NCBI GenBank assembly: GCA_963555815.3
Contig: CAUVWX020000001.1
Location: 608,001-672,000, forward strand
Source of the DNA: a bacterium
Lineage (GTDB): Bacteria > UBA8248 > JACPRG01 > G963555815
Direction of reading: 5' to 3'
DNA length: 64,000 bases
Below the pieces are notes generated by a model. The model was not told where the DNA came from. It ran no database searches and saw only the letters and a program-made list of their open reading frames with translations. A program made the translations under genes and the position numbers. Below, piece after piece: positions 1-9,232 of this stretch. The stretch's first letter is position 1. The number at the start of each line of letters is the position of its first letter.

Positions 1-2
1 TG

Positions 3-644
3 ACCAACCTCATCGGCTGGATCAAAGGGACGGGCGAGCTAAAAGAGACCGTCCTCTTGGGTGCCCACTGGGATACCCACCCCTTCGCCTCCCGCGAAGA
101 GGATAGCGCCCTTGCACGCCGCCCGGTCCCTGGGGCCAACGACGGTGCCTCCGGGGTGGCCCTCCTCCTTGAGCTCGCCCGCGGCCTCTCACGCCATCGC
201 CCGCCCAGGGATATCCTGATCGTCCTCTTTGACGGCGAGGACTACGGGATCGGAGGAAACTGGATCCTCGGCTCGACCCACTTCGCCAAAAACTGGGAGG
301 GCCCCAGAGCGGATTTCGGCATTGTGGTGGACATGGTGGGGGACAAAGACCTCGAGATCTACGTGGAAGGATTCTCGTCGGAGCTGGCCCCCCGGGTAGT
401 CCGACGGGTCTGGGACGCCGCGGAACGAGTCGGCGCCCCCTCTTTTCACCGGGAGGTCAGGCACTACCTCATAGACGACCATGCCCCCTTCAATGACGCG
501 GGGGTACCGACGGCCCTCCTCATCGACTTCGACTATCCCTCCTGGCACACCAGCAGAGACACCGTGGACCAGGTGAGCCCAAAGAGCCTGGCCGAGGTGG
601 CGGGGGTGCTCATCGAGGTTCTCTTCGAAAGAGAGGCGCGGTGA
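3..644 (+). CDS. M28 family metallopeptidase / glutaminyl cyclase-like protein (5' truncated by window edge)
   Basis: Frame open from position 3 (TNLIGWIKG...LLGAHWDT); motifs GAHWDT, GANDGASG, FDGED, DMVG, DDH, WHT typical of M28 zinc enzymes. Confidence 0.85.
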   Translation, partial: TNLIGWIKGTGELKETVLLGAHWDTHPFASREEDSALARRPVPGANDGASGVALLLELARGLSRHRPPRDILIVLFDGEDYGIGGNWILGSTHFAKNWEGPRADFGIVVDMVGDKDLEIYVEGFSSELAPRVVRRVWDAAERVGAPSFHREVRHYLIDDHAPFNDAGVPTALLIDFDYPSWHTSRDTVDQVSPKSLAEVAGVLIEVLFEREAR

Positions 645-1684
645 AGGCGTTCATCCTGGCGGCGGGCCGTGGAGAGCGCCTTCACCCCCTCAGTCTCTTT
701 CGCCCAAAACCCCTTTTCCCCGTGGCCAATCGCCCCGTCATCCACTACACCATCGAGTTCCTCAAAGGGCACGGCATCGGGGAGTTCATCGTCAACCTTC
801 ACCATCTGCCCGATCAGGTCCGTCAGGGCTTGGAAGACGGGCGGGAGCTGGGGGTAGTCATTCGCTACTCCCCTGAATTTCCCGATATCTTGGGGACGGC
901 GGGCGGGATCAAGCAGGCCGAGGCCCTCCTTGGGCAGGAAACCTTCGTTGTGATGAACGGGGACCTCCTCGTGAATTTCGACCTTTCCCAGGCCCTCTCC
1001 TATCACCGGGATCGGCGGGCCCTGGCCACCCTCGTCCTTCGAGAAGATCTCACGGCACCGGAGGGGAAAGACATCGCCCTGGACGACGAGGGCCGGCTCG
1101 TGCGATTTCTCAAGCATGGGGAAACGCGAACCCCTCCATCCAGAGAAGCGATGTTCACAGGGGTGACAATCATGGAACCGGCCTTTTTGTCCGAGATCCC
1201 CCCCGGCCGCCCCTGTGGCATCTCGGAGGAGATCTATCCCCGTCTCCTTCAGTCAGGGCGGGATCTCTTCGGCTGGATGATGAAGGGTCCCTGGCGGGAT
1301 ATTGGGACACCCGCCCACTACCTGTCTGCGAACCGGGACGCCCTCGAAGGGCGCTTTGGCCCCATAGCGACAGGAGGGGATTTTCGTGGGGCGGCTGAGG
1401 TCATCCCGCCCGTCCAAATCGGCGAAGGGGTCCAGCTGGAGGAGGGCGCACGGGTGGGTCCTCACGCCACTCTCGGGCGGGGATGTCACATCGGTCAGGG
1501 AGCCCGGGTGGCCGAGAGCGTCCTCTGGGAGGGGGTCCACTTGGGGGCCGGCGCGCAAGCGCGGCATGCTATCATTGCGTCGGGGGTCCGCACAAAGGCC
1601 GAGAGCTCCTTCATCGAAAAGGTGGTGATCCCAAATGGCGAGGGGCTGGAGGCGATCCCTTTGAGGAGCGCGCGCGCCTCATGA
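641..1684 (+). CDS. NDP-sugar synthase / nucleotidyltransferase (MurU- or mannose-1-P guanylyltransferase-like) with C-terminal left-handed beta-helix
   Basis: ILAAGRGERLHPL..PKPL N-terminal motif, GTAGGI, NGD, WRDIGTP, hexapeptide repeats; overlaps an AmgK-like gene. Confidence 0.8.
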   Translation: MKAFILAAGRGERLHPLSLFRPKPLFPVANRPVIHYTIEFLKGHGIGEFIVNLHHLPDQVRQGLEDGRELGVVIRYSPEFPDILGTAGGIKQAEALLGQETFVVMNGDLLVNFDLSQALSYHRDRRALATLVLREDLTAPEGKDIALDDEGRLVRFLKHGETRTPPSREAMFTGVTIMEPAFLSEIPPGRPCGISEEIYPRLLQSGRDLFGWMMKGPWRDIGTPAHYLSANRDALEGRFGPIATGGDFRGAAEVIPPVQIGEGVQLEEGARVGPHATLGRGCHIGQGARVAESVLWEGVHLGAGAQARHAIIASGVRTKAESSFIEKVVIPNGEGLEAIPLRSARAS

Positions 1685-2778
1685 CAGCGAAGCCAAAAAC
1701 GCCTGCGAAAGAGACGCGGCCTTCTCTGAGTGACCAGCCCGAGGAGCTCCTGGAATTCCTCCGCGACAGCCTCAGCCCTCGAATCTCGGACGTTCGGCTA
1801 GAGCCCCTGGAGGGGGACGCCTCGACTAGAAAGTACTACCGCATTTATCTGTTCGGCGGGCCTCTGTCGAGCGTCATCGCCCAGGAGCTCTCTGGCCCAG
1901 GCCCCGAGAATCCTCTGGACCTCCCCTTCCTGAACATCCGAGCCCACCTGGCGGGCCTGGGGCTTGACGTCCCAGAGTACTACGCCTATTTCCCAGAGAA
2001 GGGATGGGTGGTCTTAGAAGACCTCGGAGACGAGACTCTGGAGGCCGCGATAGAGAACCTCCGGCCCGGCGAGAGAGAGGAGAAATACCGGGCGGCCATA
2101 GACATGTTGGCCACGATGCACTACAGCCGGGGCAACTGCTTCGCCTTCACCTACGCCTTTGACGAGAGAAAATTCACGGAGGAGCTGAAATTCTTTTTGA
2201 AGCACGCCGTGGAAGGACTTTGGGGAAGGAGGATGCCCTCCCGCGACCGGTCCCTCCTCATCGAGGAATTCGGCAACCTGGCGAAAGAACTGGCCTCTCA
2301 ACCCCAGGTCTTCACCCATCGGGATTACCACAGTCGAAACCTCATGGTGCGCCCGGGTCGAAAGGACCTGGGTCTACTGGATTTCCAGGACGCCCGTCTG
2401 GGCCCGCCTCATTACGACCTTGCGTCTCTCCTCTATGACTCCTACGTCGATCTCCCGGACGGGCTGAGGCGAAGCCTCCTCCTCTACTACCTGGATAGAG
2501 CGGACTGTATGGGTCACCCGTACGACCCAAATGGTTTTATCCAGGTGCTCCGTCTGACCGCTGTGCAAAGAAACCTGAAGGCCATCGGGACCTTCGCCTA
2601 CCAGGCCTCTGTTCTTGGGCGCCCGCGCTACGTGCAGGCCATCGAGCCCACCCTGAGGTATGTCGCCAACCACTGTCACCGGGTCCCTGAACTCTCCCCC
2701 CTTTGGGGGACCTTGAAACGTCACGTCCCCGATTCGTTTCGGGGGCCGGAGGCCTCCTCGGTGAGGGGCAACGGGTGA
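1681..2778 (+). CDS. amgK: AmgK-like anomeric sugar kinase (aminoglycoside phosphotransferase fold)
   Basis: LEGDASTRKYYR, LEDLGD, HRDYHSRNLM, DFQDAR, YDLASLL, QRNLKAIGTF; ATGA overlap with upstream stop supports start 1681 rather than 1483. Confidence 0.8.
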   Translation: MTAKPKTPAKETRPSLSDQPEELLEFLRDSLSPRISDVRLEPLEGDASTRKYYRIYLFGGPLSSVIAQELSGPGPENPLDLPFLNIRAHLAGLGLDVPEYYAYFPEKGWVVLEDLGDETLEAAIENLRPGEREEKYRAAIDMLATMHYSRGNCFAFTYAFDERKFTEELKFFLKHAVEGLWGRRMPSRDRSLLIEEFGNLAKELASQPQVFTHRDYHSRNLMVRPGRKDLGLLDFQDARLGPPHYDLASLLYDSYVDLPDGLRRSLLLYYLDRADCMGHPYDPNGFIQVLRLTAVQRNLKAIGTFAYQASVLGRPRYVQAIEPTLRYVANHCHRVPELSPLWGTLKRHVPDSFRGPEASSVRGNG

Positions 2779-3338
2779 TCTATTTCCACCGGCTCTGTCT
2801 CTACGCTTTCCCTCTTCAGAAGGCCCCAAGCGTGCTGCCGCCTCGGCTCAAGGTGGAATTTATTCCCGTCCAGAAGGGTGACCGGACGACAGAAGAGGTG
2901 GCCAAGACACAGGACCAGGCGCTCGCCGAGGAGCGCTTTGACCGAGGGGAGATCTGTTTTGTGGCCCTCCACCAGGGGGAGGTCGTTTCTTACTGTTGGC
3001 TATCGCAAGGAGAGGTGGGGATTGAGGAGATGGATCTTGCTGTCCAACCCCAGCCCGATGAGGTCTATCTCTATAACGCCATGACACTAAAGCCCTGGCG
3101 CGGTCAGGGGCTCTACACGGCCCTCCTCGGGGAGATCGTATCCTATGCCCGAGGTCAGGGCCTTTCGCGGGCCCTCATCTTCGCCTCCTCGACCAATCGA
3201 GCCTCGCAGCGGGGCGTGATAAAGGCGGGCTTCATTGAATTCCAGGTGGTCACCTATCTGAGCGTCCTCGGCCTGCCCTTTTACTGGCAGAGTGAGCCCC
3301 ACGATGACCAGCGGGCGGTTGTGCTCATCCGTCTCTGA
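2775..3338 (+). CDS. GNAT family N-acetyltransferase
   Basis: WRGQGLY acetyl-CoA motif and N.AS...KAGF; GTGA overlap with the upstream stop. Confidence 0.7.
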   Translation: MIYFHRLCLYAFPLQKAPSVLPPRLKVEFIPVQKGDRTTEEVAKTQDQALAEERFDRGEICFVALHQGEVVSYCWLSQGEVGIEEMDLAVQPQPDEVYLYNAMTLKPWRGQGLYTALLGEIVSYARGQGLSRALIFASSTNRASQRGVIKAGFIEFQVVTYLSVLGLPFYWQSEPHDDQRAVVLIRL

Positions 3339-3372
3339 GATCAGATCTCTGCTCTGGATCCCCGATTGGATC

Positions 3373-3401
3373 TTGACACCCTGGCGCCCCCCTTCTATCG
3401 T
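3373..3401 (+). promoter_or_regulatory. sigma70-type promoter
   Basis: TTGACA-17 nt-TATCGT upstream of the permease gene. Confidence 0.55.
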
Positions 3402-3515
3402 GGGCGCCGGTCTTAGGCCGAGCTCCAGGAGACCCGAAGGCTCCGCCGGCTAGAACGAACTCGGGAGAAGGGAGGTGAATCTGTCCCCTCTCCCGCTTGC
3501 ATCTGAGGGAAGGCC

Positions 3516-4886
3516 ATGCGTTTCATCGGTTTCATTGCCCTGGTGGCGGTGACGGTCCTGGGCACCTTCCTTCTCGGTTGGACGCCGAAGCAGATTCTGG
3601 CGACGAGCATTTTCGGGTCCTTTATCTTCGGGACCCTGTTGTACTGGCGTTTTCGCTTGGCCTTTGCCCTGATAGGGACCCTGGCCCTTCTCTCGACGGG
3701 CGTCATCGACCTGCCTCATCTGATCGAGTTTGCCAGCCTCGACGTCATCCTCTTCCTCATCGGCATGATGATCATCATTGGCTTCCTGGAGGAGCGGAAG
3801 TTCTTCGAGGCCATTGTGGAGCCTCTCCTGGGCCGATTTTCGAACCGAACGACCCTTCTCGTGGGAGGGTTAATGGCGGTTTCGGCCCTCACCGCGGCCC
3901 TAGTCGATGAAGTGACCTCAATCCTTTTCATGTCCGCCATTACGCTTCAGATAGCCCGTCGGTACCACGTGAATCCGGTGCCCTTCATCATCATGATCGT
4001 CTTCGCCACCAATATCGGAAGCAGCGCCACGGTGGTCGGAAATCCCATCGGCGTCCTCATCGCGTTTCGGGCGGGGCTGACCTTTGTCGACTTTCTGAGG
4101 TGGGCTACCCCCATTGCCGTCATCTCTCTCGGGCTCTGCATTCCACTGGCGATGTGGTATTTCCGCTCCGAGATCGGCCAGCTTCGAGAGGTCATAAAGG
4201 CCACACCCCCTAGCCCGCACGCTGAAATGGCTCGCCTCTCTCGGTCAGACGCCTACATCTGCACCGCCCTCTTCCTCGGGACCATCGTGGGGCTCATCTT
4301 TCACCACAACCTGGAAGTCCTCCTGGGTCTCGAGAAGAATAGCTTGCTCGTCGGGATCGCCCTCGGGGGGGCAGGAACAGCCCTCCTCATCGAGCAGCAA
4401 GGGGCAAGAGAACTGGTGTCGAAGCGGGTGGACTGGTGGACCCTCACCTTCTTCATGCTGCTCTTCGCCTCGGTCGGGACACTCCGCTTCGTCGGGGTGA
4501 CAGGGCAGATCGCCAACGCCTTTATACAAATTTCAGGGCGGGAGGTCTTGCTCCTTGGAGTGGTGATGTGGGGGAGCGGGATCCTCAGCGCCTTCATGGA
4601 CAATGTCCTGGCCGTCGCCACGATCATCCCGGTCCTTTCAGACCTTCAGGCCCTCGATGTCCCGACCGAGCCCCTCTGGTGGGGTCTTCTCTTCGGCGGG
4701 ACCTTTCTTGGAAATGCGACCCTGGTGGGAAGCACGGCCAATATTGTGGCCCTGGGGATCTTGGAACGAGACGAGAAACGTCATGTGACGTTCATGGAGT
4801 GGCTGAAACCCGGAATCCTGGTGGGCGTTCCCACCCTTCTTTTGGCGCAAATCCTCCTTTCCATCCAGTTCTTCCTTCTGCGATAA
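3516..4886 (+). CDS. SLC13/ArsB/NhaD (ion transporter superfamily) permease
   Basis: Many TM segments; LVDEVT, ATNIGSSATVVGNP, SAFMDNV, GNATLVGSTANIV repeated signature. Confidence 0.85.
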   Translation: MRFIGFIALVAVTVLGTFLLGWTPKQILATSIFGSFIFGTLLYWRFRLAFALIGTLALLSTGVIDLPHLIEFASLDVILFLIGMMIIIGFLEERKFFEAIVEPLLGRFSNRTTLLVGGLMAVSALTAALVDEVTSILFMSAITLQIARRYHVNPVPFIIMIVFATNIGSSATVVGNPIGVLIAFRAGLTFVDFLRWATPIAVISLGLCIPLAMWYFRSEIGQLREVIKATPPSPHAEMARLSRSDAYICTALFLGTIVGLIFHHNLEVLLGLEKNSLLVGIALGGAGTALLIEQQGARELVSKRVDWWTLTFFMLLFASVGTLRFVGVTGQIANAFIQISGREVLLLGVVMWGSGILSAFMDNVLAVATIIPVLSDLQALDVPTEPLWWGLLFGGTFLGNATLVGSTANIVALGILERDEKRHVTFMEWLKPGILVGVPTLLLAQILLSIQFFLLR

Positions 4887-4924
4887 GCCGGGCGGCCCCG
4901 AAGAAAGCACGCCCCCTTCACCTT

Positions 4925-4954
4925 TTGACAGTGCGCTCATCCCTCGCCTATAAT
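4925..4954 (+). promoter_or_regulatory. consensus sigma70 promoter
   Basis: Exact TTGACA (4925-4930), 18-nt spacer, exact TATAAT (4949-4954). Confidence 0.8.
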
Positions 4955-4960
4955 TAAGGC

Positions 4961-5110
4961 ACCGTGAAATGGTAGATTTCCTCTGATGAGGAGCGCACCA
5001 TCGGTCTGAAACCCGCCATATGACGGGCTGAGGGAAAACCGAGCAGGCGCTCTGTGTGCCCCTCAGGTCTCCCCCCTTCATCGGCCCGGGTTTTTGCCCG
5101 GATTGCCGAA
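4961..5110 (+). ncRNA. Structured 5' leader / candidate cis-regulatory RNA of unrecognised family
   Basis: Nested complementary segments (GAGCGC/GCGCTC, TCGGT/ACCGA, CCCG/CGGG, CTGAGGG/CCCTCAG, TCGGC-CCGGG/CCCGG-GCCGA); CTGATGA and GAAA motifs. Confidence 0.4.
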
Positions 5111-5127
5111 GAAAGGAGTTGAACCGA

Positions 5128-5667
5128 ATGTCTCGAATTCCACCTCTGGCACCAGATCAGGCCACGGGAAAGACCAAGGAACTCTATGACGGTCTTCAGA
5201 AGAAATTAGGGAAGGTGTTCAACATCTTTCAGGTCATGGGAAACTCGCCAGCCACCCTGCAGGGGTACCTGCAATTTAGTGGCGCCCTGGGGGGCGGCAG
5301 CCTGGACCCAAAGCTCCGGGAGTCTATCGCCGTCCTGACCGGCGAGATTAACGGCTGCCATTACTGACTCGCGGCCCACACAGCGGCCGGGAAGTCGCTG
5401 GGAATGACAGATGAGCAGGTTTTAGACGCCCGCCGGGCCAAGTCATCCGACGCAAAGACGGACGCGGCGCTGAAATTCGTCGAGAAGATCATCAAGCAAA
5501 AGGCCAAGATCTCAGACGGCGACGTGAAGGCCCTCAGCTCCGCCGGCCACTCTAACGGTGACATTTCAGAGATTGTGGCCAACATCGCCCTCCACATGTT
5601 CACCAATTATTTCAACATCTCCATGGACACGGCTGTGGACTTTCCAGAGGCACCCCCGCTGAAGTGA
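5128..5667 (+). CDS. AhpD-like / carboxymuconolactone decarboxylase family selenoprotein (CxxU; Sec at TGA 5365-5367)
   Basis: ORFs 5056..5367 and 5404..5667 are the same frame; read-through gives NGCHY-U-LAAH matching the family NGCxYCxxAH motif; RBS AAGGAG before ATG 5128; SECIS-like hairpin follows. Confidence 0.85.
5381..5400 (+). promoter_or_regulatory. Bacterial SECIS-like hairpin
   Basis: CAGCGGC-cgggaa-GTCGCTG, 7-bp stem with G-rich loop starting 13 nt after the TGA. Confidence 0.65.
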
Positions 5668-5683
5668 TCAGCGAGAGTGGGTC

Positions 5684-5722
5684 GGGCGTCTTGCCCAAGA
5701 TGATGTCTTGGGCAAGACGCCC
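5684..5722. terminator. Perfect 17-bp inverted repeat after the AhpD-like gene (terminator or 3' stabilising hairpin)
   Basis: GGGCGTCTTGCCCAAGA-tgatg-TCTTGGGCAAGACGCCC; no clear U-tract. Confidence 0.55.
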
Positions 5723-5860
5723 ACCCTTCCAAAAGATCCCCTGAATGCAGGGGTGGCCGTGAAGAAAAAAGGGCATATTTTTAGCTAGAAAGTGTTTTTT
5801 AATTAGAAAGGGTTTTGGGGGCACCGTGCGGACACTCTTCGGCCGGAAGAGAGCCAGGTC

Positions 5861-7129
5861 ATGAAAAGAATGCAACGCATCCTTCACGTCGCAGCTCTCA
5901 TCTTCCTCCCCATCTTCGTCACCTTCTGCGCCTCTACAAGCCTTCCGCCTCTCAGCCTCAATCCCGCGACCCCGCTGGAGTCGGACGAAAAGCAGATCTG
6001 GGAAAGCAGCCTGGAGGAACAGGGAAAACTAGATAAGAGCGAGAAGGTCATCCAGGACCCCTTGATGGAGGAATACCTGGGGGAGATCGGGCTTCGTCTC
6101 CTTCCGGCTCCGCTCCAGGATTCCGACCTCCTTAGCTTTCGCTTCAAGGTCATCAACGACAGCGCCCTCAACGCCTTCGCCTATCCCAACGGGGCCCTCT
6201 ATGTCCACTCAGGTCTGATTGCCCGGGTGGAGAACGAGGCCCAGCTGGCGACCATCATCGCCCACGAGATGTCCCATTCCATCCACCGGCACGCGGTCCG
6301 ATCTATCCGGAACCAGAAGAACAAGCAGTTACTCTATATCGGCGGCATCATCGGCCTGAGCTTCCTATTTGCCATCCTCACGGGACAACAGCTGGAAGAG
6401 GGTAATCAAGTCGGGGCCCAGGTCCTCAATAACACAGCGAGGATTCTGATCGGACTCGGCCTTCCCCTGGCGATCCTGGCCTCGATCAACGGATACAGCC
6501 GGGAGATGGAACGGGAGGCCGACGAGGTGGGGATGGGTCTCCTGGCGAGGGCGAATTATGACCTCAACGAGGCCCCGAAGATCTTCGAGCTTTTCCAGGA
6601 GACTTACGGGGACAGTGTCGCCGCGGAGAACTTCTTCTTCGGGAGCCACCCCCGAAACAGCGAGCGGATCGGGAACTACCAAGAGCTCCTGGCAGGTCCC
6701 TATGTGGAGGCCGCAAAGGAAGAGGGCCGCATCAAAAATACAGCCGCCTTCTTCCGGCGAACCCGGGTCATCGTGAGGGAGAACGCCCTCCTCGACATCC
6801 AGGGAGGTCGGTTCAACCTGGCCCAAAGGGCCCTGGACCGGATCCTCGGCCTCACCCCGAGGGACCCCATCGCCCACTTCTACTACGGGGAGTTCCACCG
6901 CCTGTCGGAGAAGACAGCGGAGGGAGAGGAGAGGGCCATTTCCCGCTACCAGATGGCCATGCAATATAACCCTCAGTACCCTGAGCCTTTCCACGCGATA
7001 GGTCTCATTTACTACGGGCAAAATAAGCAGGAGGAGGCCCGGGAGGCCCTTGAGAAATATCTGTCCCTTGAGCCCAAGGCCAAGGACCGAGAGCAGATCC
7101 GCGAATACCTTCTGGAACTGAACAGCTAG
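5861..7129 (+). CDS. M48 family metalloprotease with C-terminal TPR repeats (BepA-like), exported
   Basis: NAFAYPNG, AHEMSH (HEXXH), YSREMEREAD, SHP...R motifs; TPR-like helices; N-terminal signal. Confidence 0.85.
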   Translation: MKRMQRILHVAALIFLPIFVTFCASTSLPPLSLNPATPLESDEKQIWESSLEEQGKLDKSEKVIQDPLMEEYLGEIGLRLLPAPLQDSDLLSFRFKVINDSALNAFAYPNGALYVHSGLIARVENEAQLATIIAHEMSHSIHRHAVRSIRNQKNKQLLYIGGIIGLSFLFAILTGQQLEEGNQVGAQVLNNTARILIGLGLPLAILASINGYSREMEREADEVGMGLLARANYDLNEAPKIFELFQETYGDSVAAENFFFGSHPRNSERIGNYQELLAGPYVEAAKEEGRIKNTAAFFRRTRVIVRENALLDIQGGRFNLAQRALDRILGLTPRDPIAHFYYGEFHRLSEKTAEGEERAISRYQMAMQYNPQYPEPFHAIGLIYYGQNKQEEAREALEKYLSLEPKAKDREQIREYLLELNS

Positions 7130-7243
7130 CCTTCCTGATTCACGGGCACCCCCCCCGAGATCTGAAACCCTTTAGTCGATTGCCTTGTCCTAACAGAAGG
7201 CGCCTGAAGGTCCGCTGGGGCAGGCCGGCCCGGGTCTTTCTCC

Positions 7244-7272
7244 TTGACGTTTTTCGCGCTTTCAAGCATGCT
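7244..7272 (+). promoter_or_regulatory. sigma70-type promoter
   Basis: TTGACG-17 nt-CATGCT upstream of the leuC-like gene. Confidence 0.45.
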
Positions 7273-7355
7273 TAGAAGGAAATCATGAAGCTTTGATGAT
7301 TTGCCCCTCCTTGGAAGGCGCAGTTTTTTCTGACCTTCGAATCGGAGGTCCTTTA

Positions 7356-8618
7356 ATGCCCATGACGCTTGCAGAAAAGATCCTGTCTCAGAAGGTGGGG
7401 CGGGAGGTGAAGCCAGGGGAGATTGTCATCTCGCCGGTGGACTGGACTGTGGTCCAGGACGGGACGGGCCCCCTCACCTTTGACATGATCCGCGCCCTCA
7501 AGGGAAAGGACTTCGCCCATAACCCCTCTCACGCCATCCTCACCATTGACCACACAGGGCCAAGCCCGCGTGCCGACTTGAGCAATTTCCAGGTCGCCCT
7601 TCGGAAATTCTCTGAGACGACGGGGGCTATTGTGGAGGACGTGGGCCAGGGGATCAGCCACCTGCTGCTGGCCGAGCGCTATGTCGGCCCCGGGGACGTG
7701 GTGGTGGGCGCCGACTCCCACACCAGCACGGCGGGAGGAATAGCAGCCTTCGCCACCGGCATGGGCTCGACGGACGCGGCCATCGCCATGAGCCTTGGCA
7801 AGATGTGGTTTCGGGTGCCGGAAACGATTCGATTCGAGCTCAAGGGAAAATTGCCTGACGGGGTCTATTCCAAAGACCTCGTCCTCCACATCCTCGACAC
7901 CATCGGGGAAGAAGGGGGCCTCTACCGGTCCATGGAGTATGGCGGGGAGGCCTTGGCCGATCTCTCCATGGACGCCCGGTTCACGATGACCAGCATGGCC
8001 CAGGAGGCAGGGGCCAAGTTGGGCCTCATGCCCTCCGACGAGGCCACGAAACAACATCTCGAACACCACGGGCGTGGGGATCGATGGATCGCCCTGGACG
8101 CTGACCCGGGGGCTTCCTATGAGAAGACGATAGAGATCCAGCTGGACAAACTGGAGCCCCTCATGGCGGTCCCTCACCAGCCCGGAAACGTGAAAACGGC
8201 CCGGGAGGTGGAAAAGGAGGGGGTCGCTGTGCATCAGGTCTTCATCGGCACTTGCACGAACGGCCGCTTGGATGATCTCAGGGCGACCGCCCGTGTTCTC
8301 AAGGGCCGCCAAGTACACAAAAAAACGCGGTGTCTCATCATCCCGGGTTCACAACATGTCTACCGTGAGGCCCTTCGAGAGGGGCTCATCGAGATTTTTG
8401 TCGATGCGGGGGCTGTTGTCGGATCCCCTGGTTGCGGGCCCTGCCCTGGCATCCACATGGGGGTCCTGGGGGACGGGGAGGTGTGCGTCGCGGCACAGAA
8501 CCGGAATTTCAAAGGGCGCCTCGGAAACCCCAAGGCCTTCGTCTATCTCGCGTCCCCTATCACGGCGGCAGCGACGGCTGTGGAGGGGAAGATCGCAGAC
8601 CCGCGGCGTTTTCTCTAG
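7356..8618 (+). CDS. leuC: 3-isopropylmalate dehydratase / homoaconitase large subunit (LeuC/HacA type)
   Basis: TLAEKIL, GADSHT, IGTCTNGR, GCGPC, NRNFKGRLG, YLASP; RBS GGAGG before ATG 7356; substrate not determinable. Confidence 0.85.
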   Translation: MPMTLAEKILSQKVGREVKPGEIVISPVDWTVVQDGTGPLTFDMIRALKGKDFAHNPSHAILTIDHTGPSPRADLSNFQVALRKFSETTGAIVEDVGQGISHLLLAERYVGPGDVVVGADSHTSTAGGIAAFATGMGSTDAAIAMSLGKMWFRVPETIRFELKGKLPDGVYSKDLVLHILDTIGEEGGLYRSMEYGGEALADLSMDARFTMTSMAQEAGAKLGLMPSDEATKQHLEHHGRGDRWIALDADPGASYEKTIEIQLDKLEPLMAVPHQPGNVKTAREVEKEGVAVHQVFIGTCTNGRLDDLRATARVLKGRQVHKKTRCLIIPGSQHVYREALREGLIEIFVDAGAVVGSPGCGPCPGIHMGVLGDGEVCVAAQNRNFKGRLGNPKAFVYLASPITAAATAVEGKIADPRRFL

Positions 8619-8630
8619 GGAGGAGCATCC

Positions 8631-9152
8631 ATGCGGGGAACCGCCTGGAAATTTGGGGACAACATCTCGACCGACCTCATCGCCCCCGGTCGCTACTACC
8701 ACCTGCGCTCGAACATGCCGGAATTTGTAAAACATGTCCTGGAGGACGCAGACGAGAAGTTCGCCCCCGCCGCCCTCGCCGGGGACAAAACGTATATTGT
8801 CGTGGGGAGCAGGAATTTCGGCCAGGGCTCAAGCCGGGAGGTTGCCGCCCGGCTCATCAAGGCAGTCAACGTGCCCGTCGTCCTGGCCAAATCCTTCGCC
8901 CGAATCTTCTACCGCAACTGTTTTAACATCGGGCTTCCGGCCCTCATCCTGGACACAGAGCCGATCCAGCATGGCGACGAGCTGGGGATTGACATGGAGA
9001 AGGGCGAAATCAGAAATTTAACCCGGAAAGAAACTTATCAGAGCGGCGCTATCCCCCCTGTCATGCAGACCATCCTGAAGGAGGGGGGGATCGTCGAATA
9101 TGTGAAAAAGCACGGGGATCTGGTGTTCGACAATAAAATTAGTAGGGCATAA
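8631..9152 (+). CDS. leuD: 3-isopropylmalate dehydratase / homoaconitase small subunit
   Basis: FGDNISTDLIAP, NFGQGSSRE, SFARIFYRNCFNIGLP. Confidence 0.85.
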   Translation: MRGTAWKFGDNISTDLIAPGRYYHLRSNMPEFVKHVLEDADEKFAPAALAGDKTYIVVGSRNFGQGSSREVAARLIKAVNVPVVLAKSFARIFYRNCFNIGLPALILDTEPIQHGDELGIDMEKGEIRNLTRKETYQSGAIPPVMQTILKEGGIVEYVKKHGDLVFDNKISRA

Positions 9153-9232
9153 ACCCTAACGTTTCCCCCCTAAAAAATCTTCCCGCACATCCTGCAAGAA
9201 CACACCATCACTCTGGCTGAGACGCATTCCGT

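Noticed and set aside
4975..5040. Canonical active hammerhead ribozyme
   Set aside because: Junction is CUG rather than NUH and stem II is weak; kept only as a hammerhead-like candidate
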